Notes: generated by a model not told the origin, from the sequence alone. 63,511 nt of DNA, filler included, from Octopus bimaculoides (GCF_001194135.2; 7 parts of 5 records of this genome joined end to end with filler, not necessarily neighbours in it); one strand, 5' to 3'. Positions 49,506 through 63,316 are shown, counted from the first letter of the whole stretch. Made by a program: numbers and translations.

Positions 49506-50450
49506 GGCTGGTGGAATCGTTAACAACGCCGAGGAAAATGCTTAGCGGCATTTCGTCCGTCTTTACGTTCTGAGTTCAAATTCAGCCGAGGTTGAATTTT
49601 ACCTTTCATCCTTTCGGGGTCTATAGAATAAGTACCAGTTGAGCATTGGGGACGATGTAATCGACTTAACCCTTCTCCCGAAATTTCTGGCATTGTGCCA
49701 AAATTTGAAACCTATATATGGTCTTGCATTATCGTGTAAGAGCAACAGGTCTTTATGATTGACCAATGATGTGCACTTTGCCACAAATTGTTGCGCAATG
49801 CTTCCAATTGAAGGCAATACTTCTCTACATTAATTGTTTTGCTTTGGTTTAACACTTCATGATAGACAACACCCTTCATATTCCACCAAACACAGACCTT
49901 TTCGGGTGTAGTCCTGGCTTTGAGATAGAACTTCCGTTTTAATTGAACGCTACCCCATGTCGCATTGTCGATTTCACTGGATATAGAGAACCCATTTTTT
50001 CCTCACTTGTAACGATTCTGTCAATGAAAGGTTCTTTAGCAAGTCTACTCTTCAATGACTAGCAGAGAGCAACGATTTGTTTAAACCGAGAAACAGTCAG
50101 ATTACAAAGGGACTCATTGATCTAGTTTAGACTCTTTTACTAGTTCCTGAAGGTATTTTATAATCCAAATATGACTTGAATTGAATATTTTGCTAATTCT
50201 TGTGCAGTTTACTTAGGATTTTCCTCAACTACACTTTTCAGAACTCAATATTGACAGAACTTGAGCGTCTAGGTCAACGGGCATCTGCAAGAGAAAAAAT
50301 TCCCGAGGGAAACAGGCCGAACATTCGTTGGCATGTCTGGACATTTATAGTTTCATTTCCGTTGACAGAACGTATGTTTTTTGGCGCTCCCATTGGTGAA
50401 GAGCTCATTCTTTTAAATAGATATAGAAAACGCTGTGTCTGATATGGGTC
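49206..50450 (-). mobile_element. Degenerate mariner relic interrupted by (GA)n and a family A SINE (49505-49710)
   Basis: Minus frames: DLLLLHDNAR, then after the insertion EVLPRLLYSPDLGPSDSHLFRS. Confidence 0.75.
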
Positions 50451-51234
50451 TGATCAAAACTTATTTTAAAACGGGAAAAAAAAATCGATACGAATTTAAC
50501 CATTATGATATAAAATAGTCTTCAAAGAAGAGAAAGATTATTCCCCAAAAAACAAAATCACAAAACGGCAACAAAAAATAAAAGTCAAACAACAAAAACA
50601 AACCAGAAAACAAAAACGACACACAATAGAATATAAGAATCAAAGTGTACTTTACCGTAAGTATTGAAAAAGTTCCCTCCAAGTGAACATGTCAAAAATG
50701 CGATAGAACTGTCTTTCCCCAACCCCATNNNNNNNNNNNNNNNNNNNNNNNNNNNNNNNNNNNNNNNNNNNNNNNNNNNNNNNNNNNNNNNNNNNNNNNN
50801 NNNNNNNNNNNNNNNNNNNNNNNNNNNNNNNNNNNNNNNNNNNNNNNNNNNNNNNNNNNNNNNNNNNNNNNNNNNNNNNNNNNNNNNNNNNNNNNNNNNN
50901 NNNNNNNNNNNNNNNNNNNNNNNNNNNNNNNNNNNNNNNNNNNNNNNNNNNNNNNNNNNNNNNNNNNNNNNNNNNNNNNNNNNNNNNNNNNNNNNNNNNN
51001 NNNNNNNNNNNNNNNNNNNNNNNNNNNNNNNNNNNNNNNNNNNNNNNNNNNNNNNNNNNNNNNNNNNNNNNNNNNNNNNNNNNNNNNNNNNNNNNNNNNN
51101 NNNNNNNNNNNNNNNNNNNNNNNNNNNNTATATATATATATATATATATATATGATATATATGTATATACGCATGTATATGTATATAATGTATATATCTA
51201 TATATCTATATATATATAAATGAATATATATATT

Positions 51235-51266
<32 letters not shown>

Positions 51267-51845
51267 CATACATATGTGTGTATGTGTATGTGTGTGTATG
51301 TGTGCGCGCGTACGTGTATGCGCGCGCGTGTGTGTGTGTGTGTGTGTAGATCGACAGAACCAGCACTTTAATCGACTGCGCCATGTTAGAAAAAAAACTC
51401 CAACTTTTTGGAATTTTGCTCCTACACGGATGTCTGACTAACTACGCTATTTTCTTTCGAGTTACGAAAATATAGGTAACCGTCGACGGGTTTCACGAGA
51501 GCAAATTAAATAAATATATTTCGGTAGTGTATGCACTAAATTCCGTTACACGAAGACTACATATCCGCACACATAAACCCACATACTCACGCGCACACAC
51601 AAAGATGAAGTGGAGGTGGGGATGACTGAAAGGCAGACGACCGATACGGAAATAGATGTATGAATGGCTCGACAGAGTAGAATATATTAAAAACATTCTA
51701 TCGACTTGTCTATTTAGCTTTCTGTCTCTCTCGTTTTTCCTTTCATGTATTTCTTTATATTTACACGTATACATAGACATATGCAAATGCGTATATACCC
51801 ACAGGTGTACATACACACATCGACGCACTCAAACACACGCATAGA

Positions 51846-51876
<31 letters not shown>

Positions 51877-52617
51877 NNNNNNNNNNNNNNNNNNNNNNNN
51901 NNNNNNNNNNNNNNNNNNNNNNNNNNNNNNNNNNNNNNNNNNNNNNNNNNNNNNNNNNNNNNNNNNNNNNNNNNNNNNNNNNNNNNNNNNNNNNNNNNNN
52001 NNNNNNNNNNNNNNNNNNNNNNNNNNNNNNNNNNNNNNNNNNNNNNNNNNNNNNNNNNNNNNNNNNNNNNNNNNNNNNNNNNNNNNNNNNNNNNNNNNNN
52101 NNNNNNNNNNNNNNNNNNNNNNNNNNNNNNNNNNNNNNNNNNNNNNNNNNNNNNNNNNNNNNNNNNNNNNNNNNNNNNNNNNNNNNNNNNNNNNNNNNNN
52201 NNNNNNNNNNNNNNNNNNNNNNNNNNNNNNNNNNNNNNNNNNNNNNNNNNNNNNNNNNNNNNNNNNNNNNNNNNNNNNNNNNNNNNNNNNNNNNNNNNNN
52301 NNNNNNNNNNNNNNNNNNNNNNNNNNNNNNNNNNNNNNNNNNNNNNNNNNNNNNNNNNNNNNNNNNNNNNNNNNNNNNNNNNNNNNNNNNNNNNNNNNNN
52401 NNNNNNNNNNNNNNNNNNNNNNNNNNNNNNNNNNNNNNNNNNNNNNNNNNNNNNNNNNNNNNNNNNNNNNNNNNNNNNNNNNNNNNNNNNNNNNNNNNNN
52501 NNNNNNNNNNNNNNNNNNNNNNNNNNNNNNNNNNNNNNNNNNNNNNNNNNNNNNNNNNNNNNNNNNNNNNNNNNNNNNNNNNNNNNNNNNNNTATATATA
52601 TATACATATATATATAC

Positions 52618-52654
<37 letters not shown>

Positions 52655-52816
52655 CATACATATGTATCACAAACGAGTATCCTATTCCCACTAACAAATT
52701 TTACACACACATACACACACGCAGAAAGGGGACACACACACGTAGACCTCACAATACATGCACACACTAGTAAACATAAATATACACTCACATATATATT
52801 AACACAAACACACACA

Positions 52817-52850
<34 letters not shown>

Positions 52851-52860
52851 NNNNNNNNNN

Positions 52861-52904
<44 letters not shown>

Positions 52905-53109
52905 ATACACTACTACTACTACTACTACTAATAATAATAATAATAGTAATATATATGTACACGCACATATATATTAAGACATACGCACATACATAATACG
53001 TTTATATATATGTGAATACACATGTGCACGCATATATACATCATTATATATGTACGCATATTCACAAATTTACGCCCACATATTAAATTATTAATGCATA
53101 CATACTCAC

Positions 53110-53269
53110 AGGCAAAAGCATAAAAAAAAAAACTTTACTTATATTACACGATGTTTGCGTTGTTGGGATAACCTCGGGAGTGAGATAAACACATAAAATA
53201 ATGTACATTAATATAAGAAAGCAGATAGGCCCATCAGAAGAAAGTTCCAAAATAGCGTACAAAAACATC
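53110..53269 (-). CDS. Exon of an unidentified, probably membrane, protein
   Basis: gctaat...ctgacag|G ATG...CCT|gtgagt, 160 nt: MFLYAILELSSDGPICFLILMYIILCVYLTPEVIPTTQTSCNISKVFFFMLLP; one clear hydrophobic segment. Confidence 0.55.
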
Positions 53270-53401
53270 CTGTCAGCTAACAAGTGGGATTAGCAAAATA
53301 TTCAAGATGGCTGCAAGTGCAAATATGGTTTCTCATATATTTACATTGCTTATTAAAGCGCTATATACGTATAAATATGTATATATGAATGTATGTATGC
53401 A

Positions 53402-53470
<69 letters not shown>

Positions 53471-53805
53471 CTATATATATATATATNNNNNNNNNNNNNN
53501 NNNNNNNNNNNNNNNNNNNNNNNNNNNNNNTTAATTAATTAANNNNNNNNNNNNNNNNNNNNNNNNNNNNNNNNNNNNNNNNNNNNATAGATAGATAGAG
53601 AGAGAGACAGACAGACAGACATATAGCTCGCTCCTTCCAGTCATGGTATTAGCTGTCAGTAGCCAAAGAATCGACAGGCCAGCAACAGGCAGGCAGACAG
53701 ACAGACAGATACTTCACTAGTAGTGAGCACTTTCACTTCTGACAGCTAATAGCATGATAGTGCCCAACAAGAAGCAAAAGGCAGAATGAAACACTGGGAC
53801 CTTAC

Positions 53806-53909
53806 CTTGTCGACCGTGGCGGAGTAAACGAGCGCTCCAGATAAAAACACGTCTTTTCCGTAAGCCGTCTGTCTTCGAACTGACCCCACGTGCTCGCTGT
53901 TGACCGCAT
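53806..53909 (-). other. Probable first exon (5' UTR, or in-frame N-terminal extension) of the minus-strand gene
   Basis: Strong donor AAG|gtaagg at 53806/5; CpG-rich. An ATG at 53909 is in frame with the 53269 exon (MRSTASTWGQFEDRRLTEKTCFYLERSFTPPRSTR|MFLY...). Confidence 0.5.
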
Positions 53910-53945
53910 GTAGCCGACTTCCGGTCTGGCTTTACTTCCGTTTGC
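53885..53945. promoter_or_regulatory. Housekeeping-type promoter: tandem ETS sites and E-box
   Basis: CACGTG (53887-92), ACTTCCGG (53917-24) and ACTTCCGT (53934-41) in a locally CpG-rich patch. Confidence 0.55.
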
Positions 53946-55469
53946 TTCATTTCTCTCCACCAACAACACAGCTCATCACAGCCCATAACACCACAATTTC
54001 ATTAAAGAATATTTATTTTCTGCAAGTTATGAGAATGCAAAGTCGGTGAGGCACACTTATGTAGGTATGGCATATATGCATCAACAGACTGAACAGGGTC
54101 CTTACACATGTACTTTCCTCCTCCCTCTGCCTTTTACTCTCAATCCTTCTGTCATACATACAACTATTTCAACTTCATTTGTTGCTCGTCTTTCACCTTA
54201 CTCCTTGTCTCTCTTTCTCTCTCTTGCTAAGCCAGAGTTATTTCCCTTTCCAAGGGAAGCAGCTCTTGCTATTTATTACCTCCTCTTGTAAAGTAACTCG
54301 CTTGGGATCAACACCTTCATGTATGCAAACACGCGCACACATACATCTGTTATTACGGTTCAGACTATGCACACTGAACGCTGCGACGGTGTCTTTTAAG
54401 ATAGCCTAGGGTTAACGAAAAACTGCATAGGAAAATTTGGAAGCTGCAGAAGTTTGTCGTATGTATTGAGTAAAGGGCAGGGCAAAAATAAATTATTTCT
54501 GATTTATTTTCTCGCTCTCTGTTTGAAACCATTACATTGCGATGATTGCGTCATCATTTTGTGCTGTTGCATCATCTTTAGGAGTAAGATTAGGTAGACA
54601 TAGTAGTTGTTGTTGTTGAAGTTGATAAAATTTGGTACATAGTCAGGTGATAGGTACTTTGTTTCTCAAGAAATTTTTCCTCTACTTTGACCCGATCGTA
54701 ACTGAGGTTGCTAATAAAACATCTGGATAGGTTTTGGTGCTTAACAATCAATATTCTTTTTTCTGTTGGATTCCGAGCCAAATTTTTCTCCCTAATGTCT
54801 AATTTGATAATTTTCAATTTTCAAAAATCAAAGTCTTAAGTGGGGCAAAATGAGTAATAACTAATTTCATTAATTTCTTCCTTTTACTGCATGCTGTGTG
54901 AATTTATCAGGAAGAGAGCAACTCCAGCAGATCGTGGAGAAGTTACAGAGGATATTTTATGTTGAGTTTTCAGATTCTGTCAAGTTTCATTAATTTCATA
55001 TAATGTGACATTTTCTCATGATCCTCTCATTTAACCTAGATATTTAAAATTTTTTGCTGTATTTCTGATGTCTAGGGATGGATATTGATGCATATGAGAT
55101 CTTTTTCTAATGTAATTCTGGGGTATTGAAGAGGCAAATTTACCTTATTTTGTTTTACTCATTCTGCTCCACCTAAATTTGTCTTGGGAACGGAGATAAT
55201 TTTCTGAAATAGTGTTCTGAATATGTTATAGTGTTTTTAATGCATTTAGAGAAGGTCATTTGCTTTGCTGATATAGTTCTTGTAAAGTAATGCAGTAAAT
55301 CTTAACATATGGTGCCCCACCCCTACTACTTCTCCATTTGTTGTAGTAACCAGTTTACCCAACCCATATGCACACACAGAACAACATCTGCCATTAAGAT
55401 TTAATTTCCAACACATGACACTTGTGCTGTTGTCACTGAATATAGCCCATGGTCTAGCAAATACTTCAT

Positions 55470-56295
55470 TAGTGAATTTGAAAACTATGACACTCATAAA
55501 TGCAAAGTCCTTCCTTGGTGAAAAATGTATCCCCCAACATAGCTTAGTTGTTAGTGACTTCAGACTTAAGGTTAGAAGGACTCAAGAGAGGTAAACTAGT
55601 TTGGAAAAGGAAGATATGGAAGCTTAACAATCTATCAAACAGATAGAGGTTTAGAGACAACCTACTTGAGACCTTTCATGAAAAAGAGGAGTGGAATGAG
55701 GAATATAACATAGAGAAAAACTAGAAGTTCTTACAGAAGAACCTGCAGAGGGTCGTAGCTGGTACAAAGTTCCAGTCAGACCAAGGGTGAGACCTAGATA
55801 TAAAACAGTAAAGGAGACAGAGTCATACAAGCAGAGACAGGTTTAGAAGGATTGGAAGAATGGCGGTAGCTGAGAATTATACCAAGTAGATAGAAGAGAA
55901 GCTAGGTAGCAGGTATATTTAGCAAGAGAAGAAGAAGAAAAGAAGAGGCTTGCCAATGTTCTACAACATGAAAACCAGAGGCATGAAATGTTCCAAGCTG
56001 AAAGTCAGTATGTTAGAGAGATTTGAAATGTGTGAGAGAAATGTGTACAGATGGATAATGGTATACTTGTACTTAGCGATTCTGAAAAGAAAGAGGAATA
56101 AAAGTGCTACTTTGAAAGGCTACCAAATGTGAAGAATGTATGGGTGAGCGAGATCTTTCAAAGTGTGAACCTGACTGGGGGACCAGCTACCTTGAATTAT
56201 AGTAGTATGACAGATAAATTAAGAAAGTGAAGAGAAGGAAAATTCCTGGGCCATCAGGAGTTACTGCTAAGATGCTTAAAATAACTGGTGGTGAT
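55470..56295 (+). mobile_element. RTE LINE relic (endonuclease end to RT start)
   Basis: AKSFLGEKCIPQHSLVVSDF...PGPSGVTAKMLK; many stops. Confidence 0.7.
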
Positions 56296-56535
56296 GATTG
56301 GCCAAAACAAGCAATGTTCATGAAAGTTTGAACTTTGTTAAGTAATTGCTTGGCATGGATCAAAAAGTTAACATGTTTTTGCAGACATGAATTGGCCTCT
56401 CCTCAGTATTTATGACTTGTATCAAATGTCCTTGTGCATCATAGATCTGATAATGCAGTCTAACACCTGAGATACTGTGGCATCTATATAATGTGAGAAT
56501 GTTTAGATTTTTTTTCTTTTTTGTCTTCGAAACAG

Positions 56536-56639
56536 TTGAAACAGTCATGCCATAGGCTTTCCATTCCATCCCAACTTTGCATACAAAAGATCTTGCTACA
56601 CTTAGGAAGCTGGAAATTTTTAAATCTCTGTGTAACAAT
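56536..56639 (+). CDS. Candidate exon of an unidentified plus-strand gene
   Basis: Long T-tract, then aaacag|...AT|gtaaag; open frame LKQSCHRLSIPSQLCIQKILLHLGSWKFLNLCVT. Confidence 0.3.
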
Positions 56640-56919
56640 GTAAAGCAACAATGCCAGCATGGAGAGTGGATGTTAAATGGTGATTTAAATCTCTACCAAC
56701 AAAATAAAGCTACAATGAATATTTTTCATTTCTTGCTATGGGGGACCAGAAAGAAATAAAACCCTTTTTATAGGTTTGAAGAGAGTATAACTTGCTCATA
56801 ATTAGGTGTCTTCAAGCACCCCTCGCACCTCTATAATGTGTTTGATAATCAATTAAATATTTATTAATCTCAGTTTTTGATATGTTGAGCAAACTTCAGC
56901 TACGAATGATGATGTTATC

Positions 56920-57110
56920 ATCATCATTTAACGTCCGCTTTCCATGCTGGCATGGGTAGGATGGTTTAACCAGGAACTGCTTAATGCAGGGCTGCATTAA
57001 GCTCCAGTGTCATCTTTGGCATGATTTATACAGCTGGATGCCCTTTCTCATACCAAACACTTTATAGAATGTACCAGAAGCTTTTTTTCATGCCTCTGGC
57101 TCTAATGAAG
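56920..57110 (-). mobile_element. Family C 3' tail
   Basis: CATCATCATTTAACGTCCGCTTTCCATGCTGGCATGGG...GGATGCCCTTT. Confidence 0.8.
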
Positions 57111-57669
57111 TTGCTATGTAACCTGCAAGACAGAAAAGAACAGAGAAAAAGGAAAAAACTACCATTATTACGAGAAAGTATTTGAAAGGAGAATGTGGAG
57201 ATGGGTGGCTGTATACCAGATGTTGAAAGGCTAAAGTATGATAGAGGGGCAAGCACAGGTGTCTTGCTATAGAGGAGATGTATGGCTCAAAGAGATAATA
57301 GGAAGGTCATGAGTGGGGTGTAAGAACAAACTTTCATGGAACATGAAAGTGAGCATAAGAGAGGACAAGGATGGTGGATCATGGGAGGGGATAAGAGTGG
57401 ATGTTTTATAAGAGTTTGAGAGGGGAGTAAACAGATGGAAGTAGAGGTTAATGTAGTGAGTAATGACCAAGAGTGGGGGTGCAGATGGTGGGAAATATAG
57501 AACAGAGAAGGGGTAAGGTTGGAGATTAGGAGTGACTCAAGAAGGAGAATAGAGCAGAAAGTATGTGCAAGGCATAAGAGTTGTAGAAAGTTGGTGAGAG
57601 AGGAAGCAGGGACAGAGCCTCACACATAAAAGCATAACAGAGTGGTTTTAGGATATTTTTGCTGTATTG

Positions 57670-59035
57670 GGTGGATCTTCTTGAGCACAGCAAATCACCA
57701 ATCATCTCAGTCCTTTCTCATCTCCTCCATAGGGATCAACATCTTCAGATCAACCTTTAAATATTTGTCCCATGTCTTCCAGGGTCTCTCTCTTCCATGA
57801 GTTCCATACACCTTAAGTTCTTTATCAAACTGTCCTCATCGATACGCATCACTTGACCAAACCAGCATAGTCTTGCACACTTTATCTGATTCCTCTTATG
57901 CCTAACTTTCCTCTCAATACATTTGCACTATGTCATACATGTACGCTAATATTGCACATCCAGCAGAGCATACTAGCTTCATCTCTTTGCATATCTCTAC
58001 ATTCAGGGCCCATGTCTCATTACCATGCAGCATCGTTGTATGTACATAAGTATTATACAATCTGCCAATTACTAAGAACAAGAGACCTTTTGTTGCTAAC
58101 AGGAATAATAGCTCTCTGAACTTTCATCTTCCTATTCTTATTCTAGCAACTATATTTTCAGAACAACTTCCTCAACTGCTAATTTGGTCACCTAGGTAAC
58201 AGAAACTATCTATTACCTCTAGGGAACCTCTAGAGTATTTCAGAACATCAATTTCTCATGTAACCTTGGACTTTATGGCATGTGCACATCTTCCACAAAC
58301 AAAAACTACTTTCTCCGTTAAGCTTCCTGTGATTCCACTGTACTTCTTGTGTGTCCATAGTTTGCACTGATTGCCCTATATGGAATTACTGTTTGCACCT
58401 TTCCAGCATATTGAGTAAGAGCATTTATTTGAGGGGGCTAGGGTCCTGTCTGTTTTCTTGCTTACAAAAACCTTGGTCTTTGCTAAGTTAACTCTAAGAT
58501 AATTTGATTCCAGGCTTTGATTTCATGCCTGCAATTTCTTTTCCAATTCTTTTACTGATTCTACTATGAGAGTGAAATCATAGTTCCCAGGGGCAGTTGG
58601 TCTTAAATTCCTCTGTTATAGCCTGGAGTGCAATGATGAATAGGAGGGGACTGAGAACCAAATCCTAGTGAATGCCTTCCCGCACATTAAATCTGTCATT
58701 GTACTCATGGTTACCACTCACCTTACTGGCAGCAACCCTGCACATGGTTTCTACAGCTTTCACTGACCACTCATCTATCCTCAGCTTCCTCAGAAACCAT
58801 CATATCGTAGAGCAAGTGACTCTGTCAAAAGATTTCGTGGGTCAACAAATGCCAAGTTTTCTCTTAACTAAATACTTTTGTTGCTGTTTTTTGATTAACA
58901 AGATAATATTTTTATACAGCACAAAACCAAACTGCATCTCGTCTACTCTAACTCTGTCTCTAATTAATTAGGTTACAACTTTCTTTGTAACTTTCATGAC
59001 CTGGTCCAGTAATTTGAGACCTGATCTTAGTATCC
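57670..59035 (-). mobile_element. RTE LINE reverse transcriptase relic
   Basis: Minus frames: GLKLLDQVMKVT...QQKYL..AF...SFDRV...WLRKL...GRERPWKTWDK. Confidence 0.8.
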
Positions 59036-59189
59036 AAAAATATGACATGGGTATGTCTTTTGAAATTATGGGGCCATTGTAATGGTCACATATTATAGAA
59101 TGACATCCAAATTGATAAAGAATGGTTTTTATGAATGTTATCATCACCTTTTAGATGTTGGGATTCATTGTATTGTTCCAGATTAATCC

Positions 59190-60261
59190 TTCTCTCTCTT
59201 ATAGATTCTCATCATCTTTCCAATGCTTTGACAACCTAATCCTCAGGAAGCTCGAATGCTTTGTCATAGTCAGACTCTCTCCAGAGTCCCAAGACCAGTC
59301 TGTTTTGCCCAAACAGTCTGTGTATGTGCCCGGCCCTATCTCTTCCCTGTTTTATTTTCTCCATTCATGCTTGCTCCCCTTTGGTGGTCAACATCCTCTT
59401 CTCTCCAACACGGACTAGTTCCAACAGGGAGATGGATAAAGCTCTGTTACAATGGAGGGAACTGGGTTTGTCAGTTCTTGTTACAGTTGAGGATAGACTG
59501 AAGCAGAGAGTATGGGACAATCTGCACTCAGGTGCCACTTTCAACTCTCTCCTTGATTAATCTGATCAATTTTCAAGATGTCGCCTACTTTCTGCTAGTG
59601 CAAAATTCTCAGGCGACTGGATTGACACCCTGCCTGTGGTCAACATTGGTGGTCTACTCAGTCTAGATGAGGCCCGCATCTCCATCGTTCTCAGAGTGGG
59701 AGCCGACAACTATGGGGGGACAGATGTTGCTGTGGTAGGCCCCTTGATCCCACAGGTCTTCACGGTCTATTTTTCTGCTTAAATGCTGGTTGTTTTGCTC
59801 ATCATACCAAGCTAAGTCTAATCATTAAGTGGGCCCTGGCTCGGATTAATATCCCCTCAGTTCTGGAGCCAGCGGGATTATTCAGCAGTAATGGGAAGAG
59901 ACCAGATGGTCTTACCCTTTGTCCCTGGGCAAGAGGTAGATGCCTCATCTGGTACTCCTTTGCTCCTTCTCACATCCTGGATGCTGTGATAAATGGGAGG
60001 GTCACTGCTTCTGTAGTCAAATGGAACAAAATTCTTAAGTATCAGGACGTGGCAGTGAACCACTCCTTCCAGCCTCTGGTGTTTGAGATGATTGGAGGGG
60101 TTGAGCTGCTAACAGCAAAGTTCTTGTCATCATAGGCAGCTTGCCTCATCGAGGTGTCAGGTGACACCCATGAGGGTGCTTGGCTGTTCCAATGCCTTAA
60201 CCTCACCATCACTCATGGTAATGCCATGAGCATATTGGCTTGCTTCAATAAGTTCCGTTAA
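59190..60261 (+). mobile_element. CRE-clade retrotransposon 3' region
   Basis: SRCRLLSASAKFSGDWIDTLP...DEARISIVLRVG; GKRPDGLTL.PWARGRCLIW; WLFQCLNLTITHGNAMSILACF*. Confidence 0.8.
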
Positions 60262-61319
60262 ACCTTGTGGTATGCAACCAATTAAGGCACTTGGTGTTGC
60301 ATTGGTTTTTTACCTTTTTTCTTCCTTTATTTTTGTTTTTCATTTTTCTCTTCCTTTTTTCTTTCTTTTTCTTTCCTTGTTCCTCTTTTTATTGTTGTTT
60401 ATTTTTGGATATTGGATAAATGGATATGTATGCACATGTATTATTGTGGAATACAGTTTACAATTGGCTGTGTAATATAGTAATATGGAATAAAGTTGAA
60501 AATATACATATACACACATTTATTTATTCAAATGTTTTGGGAGTGATAGGTAGCTAGAGAGAGAGAGAGACAGTACCCAAGTATATATTTTTTTTATCTT
60601 TTATCTTAAAAGTATTTTGACTTGTTCAAGTTACATCAAAGTGACATCTACGAACTAGCTTGGTCAGATCTAGGAATGAATGGAATGTTTAAATTTATTC
60701 ATATCTCAGACACTAAGAATTTGTTTGAATTATCAGAAAATGTCTGTAAAACCAGCCAAACTGTCCTCAGAAAAAAAACATGATAGCTAAAAATAAATTT
60801 GAACATTCCAGTAGAAATTGTTGGTAAAGGCTGAAACATTTACATATTGTCGTCTTCGTGTATTTTAAGGACATTTCAATACCAACCTTGATTTTTTTCC
60901 TTTTTTTTTTTTTTGCGTTTGTTTCTCTGGATCTATTAAAACATTTACGTGAAGCTCATTATGCTCATCATTTCTACCCTCTATATAAAATTCACTTCCA
61001 TGTCCCATAATTAACAGATACAATATTGAAAGGTATGGTACAGCAGTTTTTGTTTGACAGAAAATCTGTAATAAACATGTTATATTGGAGTGTGGTCAAC
61101 ATTGTTTTTGTTGTGACTCATAAGAACATCACTTATGGGATGATATTTACCTCACCTAGTGTTTTTTTTTTTTAACATAACATGTCTATGAAGAGATTTT
61201 CTCTGAGACAATTCAGATTTTCAACATTCAGTGGTGCATATATGTTAGGTATGGCACACAGATGACTATTTTAATTTAATGCTGTTTCAATTGCATATAT
61301 TTAGTTACTTTTGACTTAG

Positions 61320-61423
61320 CAAAGTTTCTGCAATTTCAATGAAAGGGATTTCTTCTTAGCATATGATAACTTGGTACATGTCATTGACAAGACTCAAGAA
61401 GGCAAAACATGGCAAACATTCTT
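61320..61423 (+). CDS. Internal exon of an unidentified plus-strand gene
   Basis: ttgacttag|...TT|gtgagt; only frame 0 is open: QSFCNFNERDFFLAYDNLVHVIDKTQEGKTWQTF(L). Confidence 0.55.
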
Positions 61424-62127
61424 GTGAGTCATACTGAGTTAATGTTCATTTTATCCTGATATATATATTTGAAAAATGAATAATGATAATTTTTCCAATA
61501 ATAAATATCTATCTAACTATTAAAGTGGAAAAATTATTAGAAAAGCCATTTCTATTCATTTTTACAAATATATAATACTGTACCAAGGACTTTCTGTTTC
61601 TATTTCTTATTGTATTATATCTTATATATTACTTATAAAATTGTAATGGTAAGGTGGGCTATTTTTGGATAAAGTGAGAAGGATGCAAGAGTGTTTGTGA
61701 GGGAAATGAGGTAACATAGGGAGAGTGACTGATATCAGGGAAGGGGAGAACAGAGTTGTGTAAATGACACATATGGATTGGCAGTGGGATGATGAGGTTA
61801 ATACAGCTGTCATTCAAGGTCACACATGCTTGTACTTTCAGTCAGTTTACAAAGCCAAGTCATAGCAGACAGACAATAACTAATGAAAATAGTGTTTGTG
61901 TGTGTGTGTGTGTGTATGTATATATGTATGTCACATGCTGTCACCTTTAAGAAAATGAATGACTGAGATCAAAGGTTTACTCTTTTAACATGTATACACA
62001 TACATTTATGACATAATGCCCACAAATGTAAGTAACTTAATCCTACAACTATCTCTGTGATTAAACCAAACTCATTCTTTTTCTCATCCCTCCCCTCACT
62101 CTCTCTTAGTCTCTCTTTCAGTCTCTT

Positions 62128-62188
<61 letters not shown>

Positions 62189-62556
62189 GCGCACACGTCT
62201 TTCATATCGCGCTCTTTCTCACCCCTCAGAGGGTTAGCATTTAACGTTAGGGTTTCGTGTTAGCACTTGGGATTGCAATCTTGTGTTGGAGTAAGGCGTA
62301 TGTTTAAGCAGAAACTGAAAAGGGATTCAAAAGATTTGAATTTGTGTACAAATTTTTACAGACTTGAACTTGCATATGTTTGGAATTTGGATATCAAACA
62401 TAGATGTATTCTTAAAAGAAGAAAAAAAAAAGGTCTACAAAAAGTGCTTTTAGTTCGAAATTTCAGAGTGTTCTTTTCGTTGCGATGTTATTGTTAATTC
62501 TCGGAGTCATTAACTGGGGCAACGCCTGGTATTTCAGTTAGTGTGTATATATACAT

Positions 62557-63316
62557 CAGAGGCGACTCCAGGTCATCAGCGTCTCTCTGGCTCATTACAG
62601 ATTTCACATAAGACTTTCGAAGAATTTCACGTTTTACTGCTTCGTTTATAACCCCAAATGGCTTATTTCTATACCTACCACTATGTCTTTCTCCATTTCA
62701 AAGTTAAGGGTAAAAATAAAACAATCCTGCAAAACACAACTGATCTTTACTATTCAGACACACAGAATAATGGTAATCAAATAACGACAGCGGAGTGCAC
62801 AACACCAGCGATCTGACTGTTGCCTGTACTCTTGACAAGAGATGTCAGTTGGTCTTTTGTACCTACCAGGCTCGATCGTATTAGCCCGAGTTGCTGGGTA
62901 ATTTTTCGTTCCTTCAAGAATATTTTAGAACGGAAACTTTTCATAGATTGGAATTTAAATCCTAATCTCTGTAGAAATTTATTGTTTCAAGAAAACATTG
63001 AATCTGAATTACATTTAATTCTTACGATAATAGATAACAATTCGGGCTGTAACTTCTGAGCCCGAGACAGGCATATGTGAATAATTTCGAGAGGACGTCT
63101 GCTACGATTGATATTCTTTGACACAGGGCACTGCTAAGACGACCGCTAGACGGTGAACTGCAACCGGTTCAATAAAAGGAGCTCGAGTTATTGGCTGAAA
63201 TTACATACTTGAAGTCAGTGTTGGTAGAAATTAAATCAGCTTGCAAATACACGCTCACTTTATTAAATCTATACTCGGGCTAAGCCCGAACAGCCCGAGT
63301 ACCGGAGTCGCTACTG
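62557..63316. mobile_element. hAT-type non-autonomous DNA transposon
   Basis: TIRs CAGAGGCGACTCCAGG / CAGTAGCGACTCCGG; 8-bp flanks ATATACAT / ATATATAT; repeated internal GCCCGAG motifs in both orientations. Confidence 0.7.

Noticed and set aside
20599-52968. Long ORFs (160-400 aa) in the supplied track
   Set aside because: They consist of X from N gaps or of translated microsatellites (CV, HT, YI, LSIY repeats) and are not coding.
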